Assembly: GCF_963921235.1 (NCBI RefSeq)
Contig: NC_086097.1
Span: 150,352,001-150,416,000 of the forward strand
Reading direction: 5' to 3'
Length of the DNA: 64,000 nucleotides
Source of the DNA: Mobula hypostoma
Lineage: Eukaryota
Part shown: one piece after another, positions 49,400-60,660 of the stretch
How the letters are laid out: every line of letters begins with the position of its first letter
Numbering within the stretch: the first letter of the stretch is position 1
The notes under the pieces: model-generated
Databases searched by the model: none
The model's input: only the letters and a program-made list of their open reading frames with translations
What the model was told of the DNA's origin: nothing
Made by a program: the position numbers and the translations under genes

Positions 49400-50410
49400 T
49401 GTCATGGCAATAAAAAAAACTAATTACACAGAGAATACAGAGAAACAAAAGGGAAAGAGATTAAGAGAAAAGTTAAAATTAAATCATGAACAAACATAAA
49501 AAAATTTTGTTTTACAGGCACGTAAATAAAATGAATGAAATAAAAGAGGGGAAATTAGGGCACTTAGAGTAGAGGGTTTTAAACAATAGGAAAGGTTACA
49601 AATATGGAATAATTACTTTGATCAGTGAGAGTCTGTAGGCTAACATGACATCAGATGAGATCAGAAATAATAAAAACACATTTTAAAAAGTGACTTTGTA
49701 TAGAATAATAGAAGGCAGTGGTAATTAATCTATGTCCAGACAGATTATATCTATACTTTTAAAGAATGTATCTGACAGAGGTACATAATTAGTAATTCTA
49801 AGATGAAAGTGTATGATCAGTGAATGCCTGATAACTAATAGTACATCCATACTTAAGAAAAAAGAGAAATGTCTATGAAAAACAACTGAAAGCTAAAACA
49901 TAACAAAAAGAATAATCAACAAGAATTTCTCAAGGAAAAGTCTTGCTTGACCAATTGCAAGAAATTCTGAAAAATGTAGAGATGAAAATGTGGCCATAGG
50001 GTTCAACAGTATGGAGATAGGCCCTTGAGCACAACTCATCAAGGCATCGACCCGAGCTAGTTCCATTTGCCTGTATTTGGCCCATATCCTTCCAAACTTT
50101 TCCTATCCATGTACCTTGCCCAGTTGTCCTTTTAACATTATATCTGTTCCTACCTCTACCAATTCCTTTGGCAGATTGCTCCAAAAACTCACCTCCCCTG
50201 TGAGATCAACTTGTCCCTCAGGTTTCCTTTAAATCTTTCCCCTCTCATCTGAAATCAATACCCTCTAGCTTTGGACTCTGTACCCTGGGAAAAAGACAGC
50301 ATCTATCAATCCAATCAAGGTTTGTCACAATTCTAGAAACCTTAAGCCTTCTTCACTCCAAAGAAAAAAACTCTCAGTCTATCTTGACTCTCCTTTTAAT
50401 TCAAGCCCTC
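49400..50410. mobile_element. Old CR1 relics (plus strand ~49400-49985, minus strand ~49990-50410)
   Basis: Residual 'GKVLLDQ/KSCLTN'-like sequence and CR1 3'-end-like sequence; heavily decayed. Confidence 0.55.
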
Positions 50411-51137
50411 CTGATGCATGAAGTTCATCTGGATTCTCTATATGGGCTTTGACAAGATTTAATATACAATAAGACTTTAAGTCATCCATTTGTAAACACT
50501 GACGTCATTGTGGAAGATTCCTGTTTACAAAATAACTATGACCTTTCATTCACTGTGGAGCTAAGACCACCAACATAGCATCATCTGGCTCCACATTAAA
50601 TCCATGGGTTACTTGCTCCCCTTCTGTGCTGTCCCAAAGCTTGGTCAGTGTCTAAACCTCCTAATCTTTCTGCCCTTATATGACTGCAAACTGTGTCAGG
50701 AGCTGCAAAAGTACTACATGTATTGAATTGTGAACTTTATCGGAGGCAAGTTTGGCTGGGAAAGTTATTTTTAACAGTATCAGCAAGTAAGCAAAACATT
50801 ATTTATAATCCTGGAAAACAGTTCCTTCATTGACTTTAAACATAAATTGTCTTTTACATAAAATACACAGGACTGATTACAGTCAAGGAGAGAGGGGTAA
50901 ATGGCTCCTAGGTCACAGTATAATTGCCACTAATCTCTACAATTAAACCTATTTTGCTTTTCAGTGACAAAAATGAGAGAAATATTTGTATTCATTCCAA
51001 TATATTTGCTTTCTGTAATCTTTCAAATCTGGCACAAACAGCAGTACAATAATGAACTAGTTCTTTGATATTTTTCTTTGCGAGAGGAATGCTGGTCCAG
51101 CCATTTGTAAAATTAATTGGTTTCCTCTGTTCTACAG

Positions 51138-51244
51138 ACTTCTTACGTTCACCTGGACGCTGAATTAATTGTAAACGAAAAAAGAATCGTTGCTTCACCA
51201 ATAATCAACAATGCTGTCAGTCTGGAGCGTCAACCTAGATTGAG
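51138..51244 (+). other. Candidate host exon (107 nt), unidentified
   Basis: Acceptor TTTCCTCTGTTCTACAG, donor GAG|GTAAAT, and an open phase-0 frame. It lies in sequence not recognised as a repeat. Confidence 0.3.
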
Positions 51245-53224
51245 GTAAATACCAAAACCCAGCAAGGTAATCTCTACAAACTGACCTAACATGACAGAAT
51301 GTTGAGTCATGGATGAGAAGTTTATTTCAGCAATTTATCCTGGATGATCTATGATGGGAAGCCTTCAATGGTTATTAGATTTCTACTTTGAAACTCAATG
51401 ACATGGGATGAAATTACATTTGTATTCCTTGATAGCATATACAACAGGTACTGAACCAGACAAACTTCTATTATCTGCAATGACTTTATAGACTAGGTTA
51501 CTCTCATCCGAATTTCAATATTTATGAAGTGCCCTTTTGTTTAACATGAAAGATCTTTTATTCCTCCGAGCACCCTTTAAACTTGCAATTCAAATAGGCA
51601 TAGTCAGTATAAATGAAGCACAAGGATGGAAATATCATGGTAATGAGGATGCCTGCTGCTTCTGATTACAGCAGCACTGGGTTTGGCACAACTACAGAGG
51701 ATAACTGGGGCGAGGCATAAATAGTTCCAACTGAATGGTTCTAGTGATCACTGGTCTTCCATGGCAGTGATTCGACACTAAATGCAAACACTGGCAAAGC
51801 ACGAATTTCTACGTTTTAAAAAAAGCACAGGTAATGGACACACAATATTAATGAATAATATGCACAAATGTTCCAACAATAACCTGAAAATTGATCAACA
51901 GGTTAAGGTTGCTTGAGCAACTTCAGGGTGGATGGTTACTTTTACTGACTGATTGATCTGCTATATGCAGGGATCAACATCAAACCCAACACCATTGTCC
52001 CCTCCACCACTACCGTCCTACCCCGTATCTACTACACAGGACTACTCTGTGCCCAGCTCCAACTCTGGACCTAAACTGTGAAATTAGTAAGCGAGCTATT
52101 AGTAAATAAATGCCACTTGATAACATTGTTAATGACACCTTCCAGCACTTCGGTGATCAAGAGCAGGACTGACTTGGTGGTGTTAGATCTGGAGATGATA
52201 TTGTCCAGAAGGTTCTGTGGAAGCCAAGAAACAGACACATATCTTGTGGTTACAGCCATTCTGTCAGATGTTCATAACAAAATAACAGTAATGCACTGCA
52301 ACTCTAATTGTAATCAATTCACACTTTTGTAAGTAAGGAGGAAAGTGAGAACAAGGAACTGAACAAAGAACTTTGCTTTATACTGAAAACAAGCTCAAAC
52401 TGGATAGATAAGAGAATTCTTTTGATAAGGACAGCCTACGAAACAACAAGAACAGTCTGATTTACAAACACTGTCATGACACAATCTTATAGATAAAAAC
52501 TACAAAAAGTACAGAGCCAGCAAAGTTACAAATGGCTGAAAATCCACTGACCATTTACAGACAAACAGGTGATTATACAAACATACATTATATCAAGAGT
52601 AAAGAAAGCTAAACCACAAGAAAAATGACAATTTAGACCCTAATCAATAATTGGATAGGCTGAATTTGTCCTTTTTTGTGGCATTCAGAAATGGTTTAGG
52701 TACGATCAGAAAATTATGAACTCAGCTGTATGTTTTTCAAAAGCATTAAAACAGAACCCATATGTGCACATGTACATAGATTTTGCTGCAACTGAATCTA
52801 ACAGGTGATCCATAAAGCCTCATGACTACCCAGGCCTACTCAGCATCATGATAGTGTCAGAGAAAATAAGAATGAATGGATACAGGTCTTTGTCTCCACT
52901 GACCCTATCATGGGTAGAATATCCTGCAATGGGTAGATTGACAAGGATTAGATCAAGGAGGTTATGGTTTAGGTTTCATGTCAGTTTGCTTTTTACCATC
53001 TACTCACATGATGTGATAGCTTTGCCCTTAAGATTTCACAGCTTAGTCGCTTGTGCTCCCAACAAACTACTCTTGGTTTTGTGTATCTAAGTTCCCCACC
53101 TTGAGACTATTTTGTACTTTTGCTGCTGTCAACTCATTTTTCAAGCAGAAGAGGTATACTATTTACTGTACAGTTCAAGGTGTCGTGAAATGTTCATAAC
53201 TTATTTATCTCTTTATCTTCAGCT

Positions 53225-53862
53225 CTTTCTTCTGGGAGGAGAAGATGGCGGCGCGACGCAGCACGCACAGCTCTCCGGTGAAATGATATTGTATCTGTTA
53301 AATAGGGGCAGTGGACAATTCTGATTTGATGAAGACAGACGTGAGAAGCAGAGGAACATCTGGAAAAATTTCTGAAATGCCTGGTTCGCTGCTGTTGTCA
53401 CTGTGCGATCAAGAATCTCCGGAGGGAAGGCCCCAAAATCCCTGGCTTTGCCTGCTGCTGGCGACTGAGGCTGAGGTCGAAATGTTCGGATAGAGATGGT
53501 GCTCGGTACTCAGTGTCGGAGGGCTGATCAGGGCTCGAAGTTTTTGGATGACTCAGAGTTGGACTGTGGTCGGGCATGGCAGGAGGAGTTTTCTTCCTTC
53601 TCCCGTCTGCGTGAGATGTGGGACTTTCGAGAAACTTTGAACTTTTTTACTGTGCCATGGACTGTTCTTCATCAAGTTATGGTATTGTTGCACTGTTGTA
53701 ACTATATGTTATAATTATGTGTTTTTGCTAGTTTTTCAGTCTTGGTCTGTCCTGTGTTTCTGTGATATCACACCGGAGGAATATTGTATCATTTCTTAAT
53801 GCATGCATTACTAAATGACAATAAGAGGACTGTGTGTCCTCATAATCTAATCCAATCTAATC
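53225..53862 (+). mobile_element. Non-autonomous retroposon (SINE-like or deleted LINE)
   Basis: GC-rich start AAGATGGCGGCG and a 3' tandem tail (CTAAT)n. It stands out from the AT-rich flanks. Confidence 0.55.
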
Positions 53863-55044
53863 TTTCCTTATTTTTTACTTCTCTCTCTTCTTGTGAGACC
53901 TAATATTTATCTACACCCCGTGCATATGTGTGTGTAAGTATATGTATGTTTGTAGCCTTGAACAGAATGTTCAAATCACTAAGCTTCATTTCTAGGTTAT
54001 CCTCAGATTCCTGATTTCCCTTGCAGACAACAAGGTACACTCTTTAGCAACAGCTTTCAGAACGTTGGGCCTCATTATATTCACAACACTATCCCCCTGA
54101 AGTAAGCTGTAAGCAAACTGAAATTTCTTTAATCTATTCTGAAGTTACCTTTCTACCATGATATTTCCAGTTTTACTTGCCTATAATTCTGCAAAATTTA
54201 GTAAGATTGAATAGGATGAACTTTAAACATTCATGAGCTTCCACAGCCCCTGGTGACCCTGTAATTATTTTTTATTATTAATTTTTTATTGCAACACCAA
54301 CAAATTACATTCAATACAACCAGTTGCCAATTACATTTTGACTGTTTAACCCAGCCACCCCCCAACCTTCATCACCATCCCCCTTCCACCCCTCTCTCCC
54401 CCCATCCGTCTCCCCTCCACCAATCAACTAAATAGTAGTACATACACAGACAAAGCATTCCTATTTTAACAAAAGATCTTTTAAGTTAGATATCAAATTT
54501 GTCCACATTATGATTGTGTTTGGTCATGCATCATTTACTCTTGCTGATGAAAGTTCCAGGTATGAAATGTCCACAAAGCTCCGAAGCCAGTGAGTATTTG
54601 AAATATCATTGGGAGGTTTCCAAGGCTGGACTACAATCTTCTTAGCTGCAGTCAGGCCTGCCAGCCAGATTTTGCGTGTTTTTCCATAAGGGAAAGGTGG
54701 GAGTCATCATTTAGAAGATGTACAGCGGGGTCCATTGGTAATTGTACCCCTGTTAGTTCTGTAAGAGTACCGATAACCTTCTCCCACAAATTAAAAACCC
54801 CTGGACATTCCCACACAACATGTATAAAAGAGCCAATGACTCCATGGGGGCAAAATGAGCAATATGGGTCAGGAACCAGTCCCATTTGATGTCTAATTCT
54901 CAGTGTTAAATATGCTCTATGACAAAATTTCAAGTGTATATACCAATGATTTGGGTTTTTCGAAGCACCAGCAGCATTATCCCAAATCGCATCCCAGTCT
55001 AAGTCTTGACCCAATTCAGATACGTCCCTATCCCAAGCTTTCAT

Positions 55045-55133
55045 AGAACATAGAATAGTACAGCACAGTACAGGCCCTTCGGCCCACAATGTTGTGCCGA
55101 CCCTCAAACCCTGCCTCCCATATAAGCCCCCAC
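55045..55133 (-). mobile_element. Extremely 5'-truncated CR1 3' end inside L1 ORF2
   Basis: TTCTATG-type tail; 7-bp duplication CTTTCAT (55038-55044 and 55134-55140). Confidence 0.8.
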
Positions 55134-58100
55134 CTTTCATTCCCGATGTGGGCATATAATTCTGGGAGTTCAATTTATCATAGATATATGACACTATCCG
55201 TCCTGGAGCACTCTATCCAACTTAAAATGGGATGGTCCTTTAAATCTGACCCCCCCAGGGAATGCCGTAGGCTTTACAAGCTGATCTTACTTGAAAATAG
55301 AAGAAAAGAGAATGTTTATCAATATTATATCGAGATATCAGTTCTTGAAAGCTAAGGATGGTACATGCCCCATTAATATCTAGAAGAGTAGTAATACCTT
55401 TATCCTCCCAAGTTCTGTTAGTGAATGGTTTCCCTCCAGATAGAAAGCGATTATTGTTCCATAATGGAGATGATTTACACCATATGCTTTTAAATTTTAG
55501 GAATTTTTCTGCTGCGGTAAACACTTGTAGTATATGGGTTAAAATTGGACCGTAATACAAATCACATTTTTTGGTAGACATACCTATAAGGAGAAAGTCC
55601 TTCAGCCTTATTGGTGCTATTAGCTCTTGTTCTATATTTTTCCATGAAACTTTATCCTTCTCCATCCAATAGCTAAGCCTTTTTAATGCAAATACCCAGT
55701 GATACAATTTAAAATTTGGACATGTCAATCCCCCATCTGACTTTTTGAATTGTAGAGCTGACCATTTTATATTGGGTCTTTTACCATTCCAAACATAGCA
55801 TCGTAGTAAGGAGTCCAGTTTTTGTTAATATCCTGCTGGAGGTGCAAGTGGGATCATTGAGCTGATAAAATTAATGCGGGGTAAGATGTTCATTTTAATG
55901 ACCGATATACGGGCCAGGACTGATGCTGGCAGGTGTCTCCACCTATTAATATCTTCCTCTATTTTTTTTTCAGAATTAAAGAATAATTTGATTTAGCCAC
56001 AGATGATAGGGAAGTATTAACTTTAATACCCAAGTAGAGGACTTCATTTGTAACCTTAATCTGGGGAGGAAAAGACATCTTACTTTTATCTGTATTAATC
56101 AGCATCAATGCTGATTTTAACAAATTAACTTTGTATCCTGAAAGAAATCCAAATTACTCCAGTGTTTTTAAAACATAGGGGAGAGTTTGTTGAACATTTG
56201 CCATATAAACTAGCGTGTCGTCCACGTAAAGTGATATTGAATGCGATGTTGTACTTATTGTAATAGGGGAGATCTGAGGAGAGTTTCTAATTAAATGTGC
56301 AAGCGGTTCAATAGATATATTAAAAATTAAAGGAGGCAAAGGGTCCCCTTGTCGTGTGCCCTGTCCTATGTCAAATAACTCTGAGAAACCTCCTCCCACA
56401 CATACCCGGGCTGAAGGATTAGCATACAGTGTTTGAATCATATTGATAAATTTATCACCTAACTGAAATTCTTTTAGAACTCTTCAAAGATATGGCCATT
56501 CAAGGTGATCGAACGCTGTTTCAGCATCTAGAAGTAGCAGGCCACAGGCAGGTGGGATTTTATGTGTTGCACTCAGTACGTGTAAGAGCCGGCGAATATT
56601 ATCAGATGCGAGACGCCCCTTGATAAAGCCCGTTTGATCTGGGCTAATTATTTTCCCAACTACTGTCTCAAGTCTACTGGCTAAGACTTTGGAAAATATC
56701 TTGAGGTCGGCATTTATCAAGGAGATTGGATGGTAACTGGCACACTCCAAGGGGTCCTTACCGGGCTTAGGTATAACTGTGATCAGGGCTGTGTTTAGAT
56801 CTCTATGGAAAGCGCCATTTCCAAAAGCATAATTTAATGTTTCTAACCATACTGGTCCAAGAATATCCCAAAGTACTAGGTAAAGTTCCACAGATATGCC
56901 ATCTATACCTGGCGTACGGCCCTTATTTGTAGCTTTAACTGCTTTGAGTAGCTCATCCAGTGAAATAGGAGAGTCTGGAGTTTTGGTGTCCTCTAACGAC
57001 AATGTAGGGAGGTCTAATCCACTGAAAAAATCCATGAAGTCATTCTCAGAAGGAATTGAGCCACTTGTATACAATTCTTTAAAGTAATTCTTGAATGTCT
57101 CGTTTATTTCCTCTGTTGAAGATACTACTCCACGTTTAGCACATCTAATCACTGGTATAGACCTTTTAGTTTCCTATTGTTTGAGCATTAGAGCTAAAAG
57201 ATAGCTCGGTCTGCTGCCTTCTGCATAATACTTATGTTTGGTTATATGGATCATATTTTCTGCCCTGCTTCTTAATAAATCATTTAATTCTGCTTGTTTT
57301 GTTTTGAGTTCGTTTTCTTTTGTTATGGTGTATATCCTTTTGAGATCATTTTCCAAAACCTTACATTCGTCTTCTAAGGTGGAAATCTTTTGAAGCCGGC
57401 TTTTATGTAGGTGGGAACTGAACCATATAGTGTTATTTTGTAAGAAACCCTTGATGGATGCCCAAATCGCTGTCACATCTGAGACACTATTTTTATTTAC
57501 ATTTATAAATTCTGTCAGTTTTGTTCTCAGTTGTGATAGAAATTCGTTGTTTTTCAGAAGGGTGGAGTTAAACCTCCACCTAGTAGCCTTATTTTTAATT
57601 TTGCTATAATTAAAAGTAGATATGACTGGGTTGTGATCAGGTAGATGTCTGGGCAAAAATTCTATTGAGTGTACTAAAGGCAGCAGACCGGAGGATATAA
57701 GAATGTAATCTATCCGAGAGAAAGTTTTATGTCTTGTGGAGAGAAGGTATAGTCTTTAGCAGATGGATCATGCACCCTCCACACATCTGTTAAATTTAAA
57801 TCCGCTAGAAAAAGGTTAAGTGCTTTGGAAGCAGATTCTTGAGAGCTTGATATAGTTGAGGAAGATTTATCGAGGTTAATGTTTACCAAAGCATTCATGT
57901 CCGAACCAACATATAGTTGGTAGTCACTTAACTTCAGTAATTGAGGGAAAAAAATTCAACCTCGAATATAGTTGGGGCATATAAGCTAATGAATGCAACT
58001 TTTTTACCCTGAATGGATGTACAGCAAACAGCTGTATAAAAAGACGTCCTTTATTGTCAGTGCCCATCCTTTCAATTGATACATTAATATTACGTCTCAT

Positions 58101-58528
58101 TACTATCATAACTCCTTTCGTAAGAGTACCATCAGCTGATGCCACAACAGGTTTATAAAAATGGTTTTGAACCCTGGGAATGTCATTAAGTTTAAGATGT
58201 GTTTCCTGTAACAGCGCAATATCTATTTTCTTTCTGCGTAAGAAATGTAAAACCTTTGAAGGCTTGTAGGGAGACTTTAATCCTCTAACATTAAATGATA
58301 CAATCGTAAAATTTTCTAATTTATCTGTGTTGCTCATCTTCCCCGGATCTGTTGTTGTAAGTTGGTGGTGGAGCCTTGAGTTACCCCCTTCCCACCCCCC
58401 TCCCATCACCCCTCCCATTCAACCCTTTACTTTGTAACATCTGTGTGTCACTTAGCAATGTCAGACACCGAACACTGACATCAACCGCCCCCCTTCCAGC
58501 ACCAACAAATTAGAAAGGCAAAGCAGTT

Positions 58529-59170
58529 AGACAATAGACAATAGGTGCAGGAGTAGGCTATTAGGCCCTTCAAGCCAGCTCTGCCATTCACTGTGATCAT
58601 GGCTGATCATCCACAATCAGTATCCAGTTCCTGCCTTATCCCCATAACCTTTGATTCCGCTATCTTTAAGAGCTCTATCCATCTCTTTTTTGAAAGCATC
58701 CAGAGACTTGGCCTCCACAGTCTTCTGGGGAAGAGCATTCCGTATATCCACTCTCTGGGTGAAAAAGTTTTTCCTCAACTCCATTCTAAATGGCCTACCC
58801 CTTATTCTTAAACTGTGGCCTCTGGTTCTGGACTCACCCATCAGCGGGAACATGCTTCCTGCCTCCAGCGTGTCCAATCTCTTAATAATCTTATATGTTT
58901 CAATAAGATCCCCTCTCAGCCTTCTAAATTCCAGAGTATGCAACCCCAGTCGCTCCAATCTTTCGACATATGACAGTCCCACCATCCCAGGAATTAACCT
59001 TGTGAACCTACACTGCACTCCCTCAATAGCAAGAATGTCCTTCCTCAAATTTGAAGACCAAAACTGCACACAGTACTCCAGGTGTGGTCACACCAGGGCC
59101 CTGTACAGCTGCAGAAGGACCTCTTTGCTCTTATACTCAATTCCTCTTGTTATGAAGGCCAGCATGCCAT
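58529..59170 (-). mobile_element. CR1 3' end inserted in the L1 inter-ORF region
   Basis: ORF 58617-59069 is nearly the same as the C-terminus of 26861-27628; (TATTGTC)n tail. Confidence 0.92.
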
Positions 59171-59654
59171 TAACAGTTCTCATAGACAATCATATGAAAG
59201 AGACAAGAAAAAAGAAACCTGGGCAAAGCCGTTAACCTATATAAGTCAAACAGTTTCCGTCTCACATATATTGTAACACATGATCAAGATCCCAACAGCT
59301 ATCTTGCAAGAAACTGTCGCTTCAATAGACCGTCGCTTAGCGATGGCGCTACTGATGTCTTATCTGGTGCCCAGAAATGTAAGCGAGTCCTACTGGAGAC
59401 ATTACATTCTAAAGTTAGTCAGAACAAACTGCTGTCTTTCAGCTTCATTCTTGATGAAGTATTACATTTGGGTATATTGAATATTACCTTAAAACTCTGA
59501 CCTGCAATAATCAGAAACAAATTGGCCCCTTAATTAACTAAATACGAAGGTGCAACAAATGACTTTCCGATAAAAGAATAACCAGAAAACTTCACACCTA
59601 GAATGTTAACTTGCCTGTGCCTGATAGATTGCGCATACAGGCTAGTCCGAGCTC

Positions 59655-60575
59655 TTAATGCCGTCTCATCTCCTCCCAAGGGGTGTGTGGACTTTGCCCA
59701 GGGTCTTCTTCCATATCTCCCAGCACAGATGATTTCAGAACTTCTTTCGCTACCTCTGCTGAGTTACACGACATCTTCATGCCCTTGATATTCACTTTCA
59801 AAATTGCTGGGTATATGAGGTACGAGTCGATCCACTTCTGTCGAAGTTTAGCGCGGATCTCCTTGTATCTCTGCCGTTCCTGCATCATGCCGGGGCGGTG
59901 GTCGGCGAAGAACTGCAGCTGGGTGCCATCAGGGAGAGTAGGTTTGGCTTTCCTCACATCCTCCAGCATAACCTGCTGGTCGGAGTGCCGTAGAAGCTTA
60001 AAAATCATGGTCTGCGGTCTTGAGGTGTTGTTGGAAAAGATCCTATGTGCTCTATCGATGTCCAAAGGAGTGCTGTGGGAATTCTTGAGCGCTGGAATCC
60101 AATTAGGCAGCATCTCCTGGAGGTAACCTCTTGGATCATCGCCCTCAGCACCTGTCGGTAAGTTGACCAGCCGCACATTGTTTCTCCTGGATCTGTCCTC
60201 CAAGTCGTTTAACTTCTTCCATATCTTAGACACTTCCGTGAGACAGGAGTTAGTAACTTTCTCATTCTTGCTTAAGCAAACCTGAATGTTGTCTATTTTA
60301 TTGAAGACCGTGTTAAATTTTTTAGCGTGAATGTCCGCTTGCTCCTTTAACGACCGGAGAATGTTGCCATTCTCTGCCATATGCTTCTGTATGGGGTCAA
60401 GAGCCTTTTCCAGCAACTCCTTTAGCATGTGGGCTACCGTTTCTTGCAGCAATTCCAACTCCGTTGCCATTCTTTGTTTAATTAGCATAGCTATTTCTTC
60501 CAATGAATCGCTAGCTTGTTGTCGTCTGCTGGTATCTTGTTTCCTGGTTGAATTTGTATCTTTTTTTGAAGCCAT
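59655..60575 (-). CDS. L1 ORF1p (coiled coil, RRM, CTD), 306 aa
   Basis: Uninterrupted ORF from MASKK with 'LEDRSRRNNVRLVNLP', 'IDRAHR' and 'YPAIL'. Confidence 0.88.
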   Translation of the reverse strand: MASKKDTNSTRKQDTSRRQQASDSLEEIAMLIKQRMATELELLQETVAHMLKELLEKALDPIQKHMAENGNILRSLKEQADIHAKKFNTVFNKIDNIQVCLSKNEKVTNSCLTEVSKIWKKLNDLEDRSRRNNVRLVNLPTGAEGDDPRGYLQEMLPNWIPALKNSHSTPLDIDRAHRIFSNNTSRPQTMIFKLLRHSDQQVMLEDVRKAKPTLPDGTQLQFFADHRPGMMQERQRYKEIRAKLRQKWIDSYLIYPAILKVNIKGMKMSCNSAEVAKEVLKSSVLGDMEEDPGQSPHTPWEEMRRH

Positions 60576-60660
60576 GTCTTTAGTTAGATCTTTCTCCAAC
60601 TCAACCTTGTTTTAAGACCATCTATGAGCCCTGAAGAACTTGAAAAAGGAGGGTTGTATG

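Larger units (their letters stand above)
54268..60660 (-). mobile_element. Near-full-length L1 LINE (ORF1 intact, ORF2 disrupted)
   Basis: A-rich tail at 54268-54290. ORF2 motifs 'SFNVRGL', 'LQETH', 'PDHNP', 'DQTGFIKGR', 'GTRQGDP', 'LYVDD' and 'CSFCPHG...HVVWEC'. The 5' UTR is interrupted by a Gypsy LTR at 60661. Confidence 0.93.
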
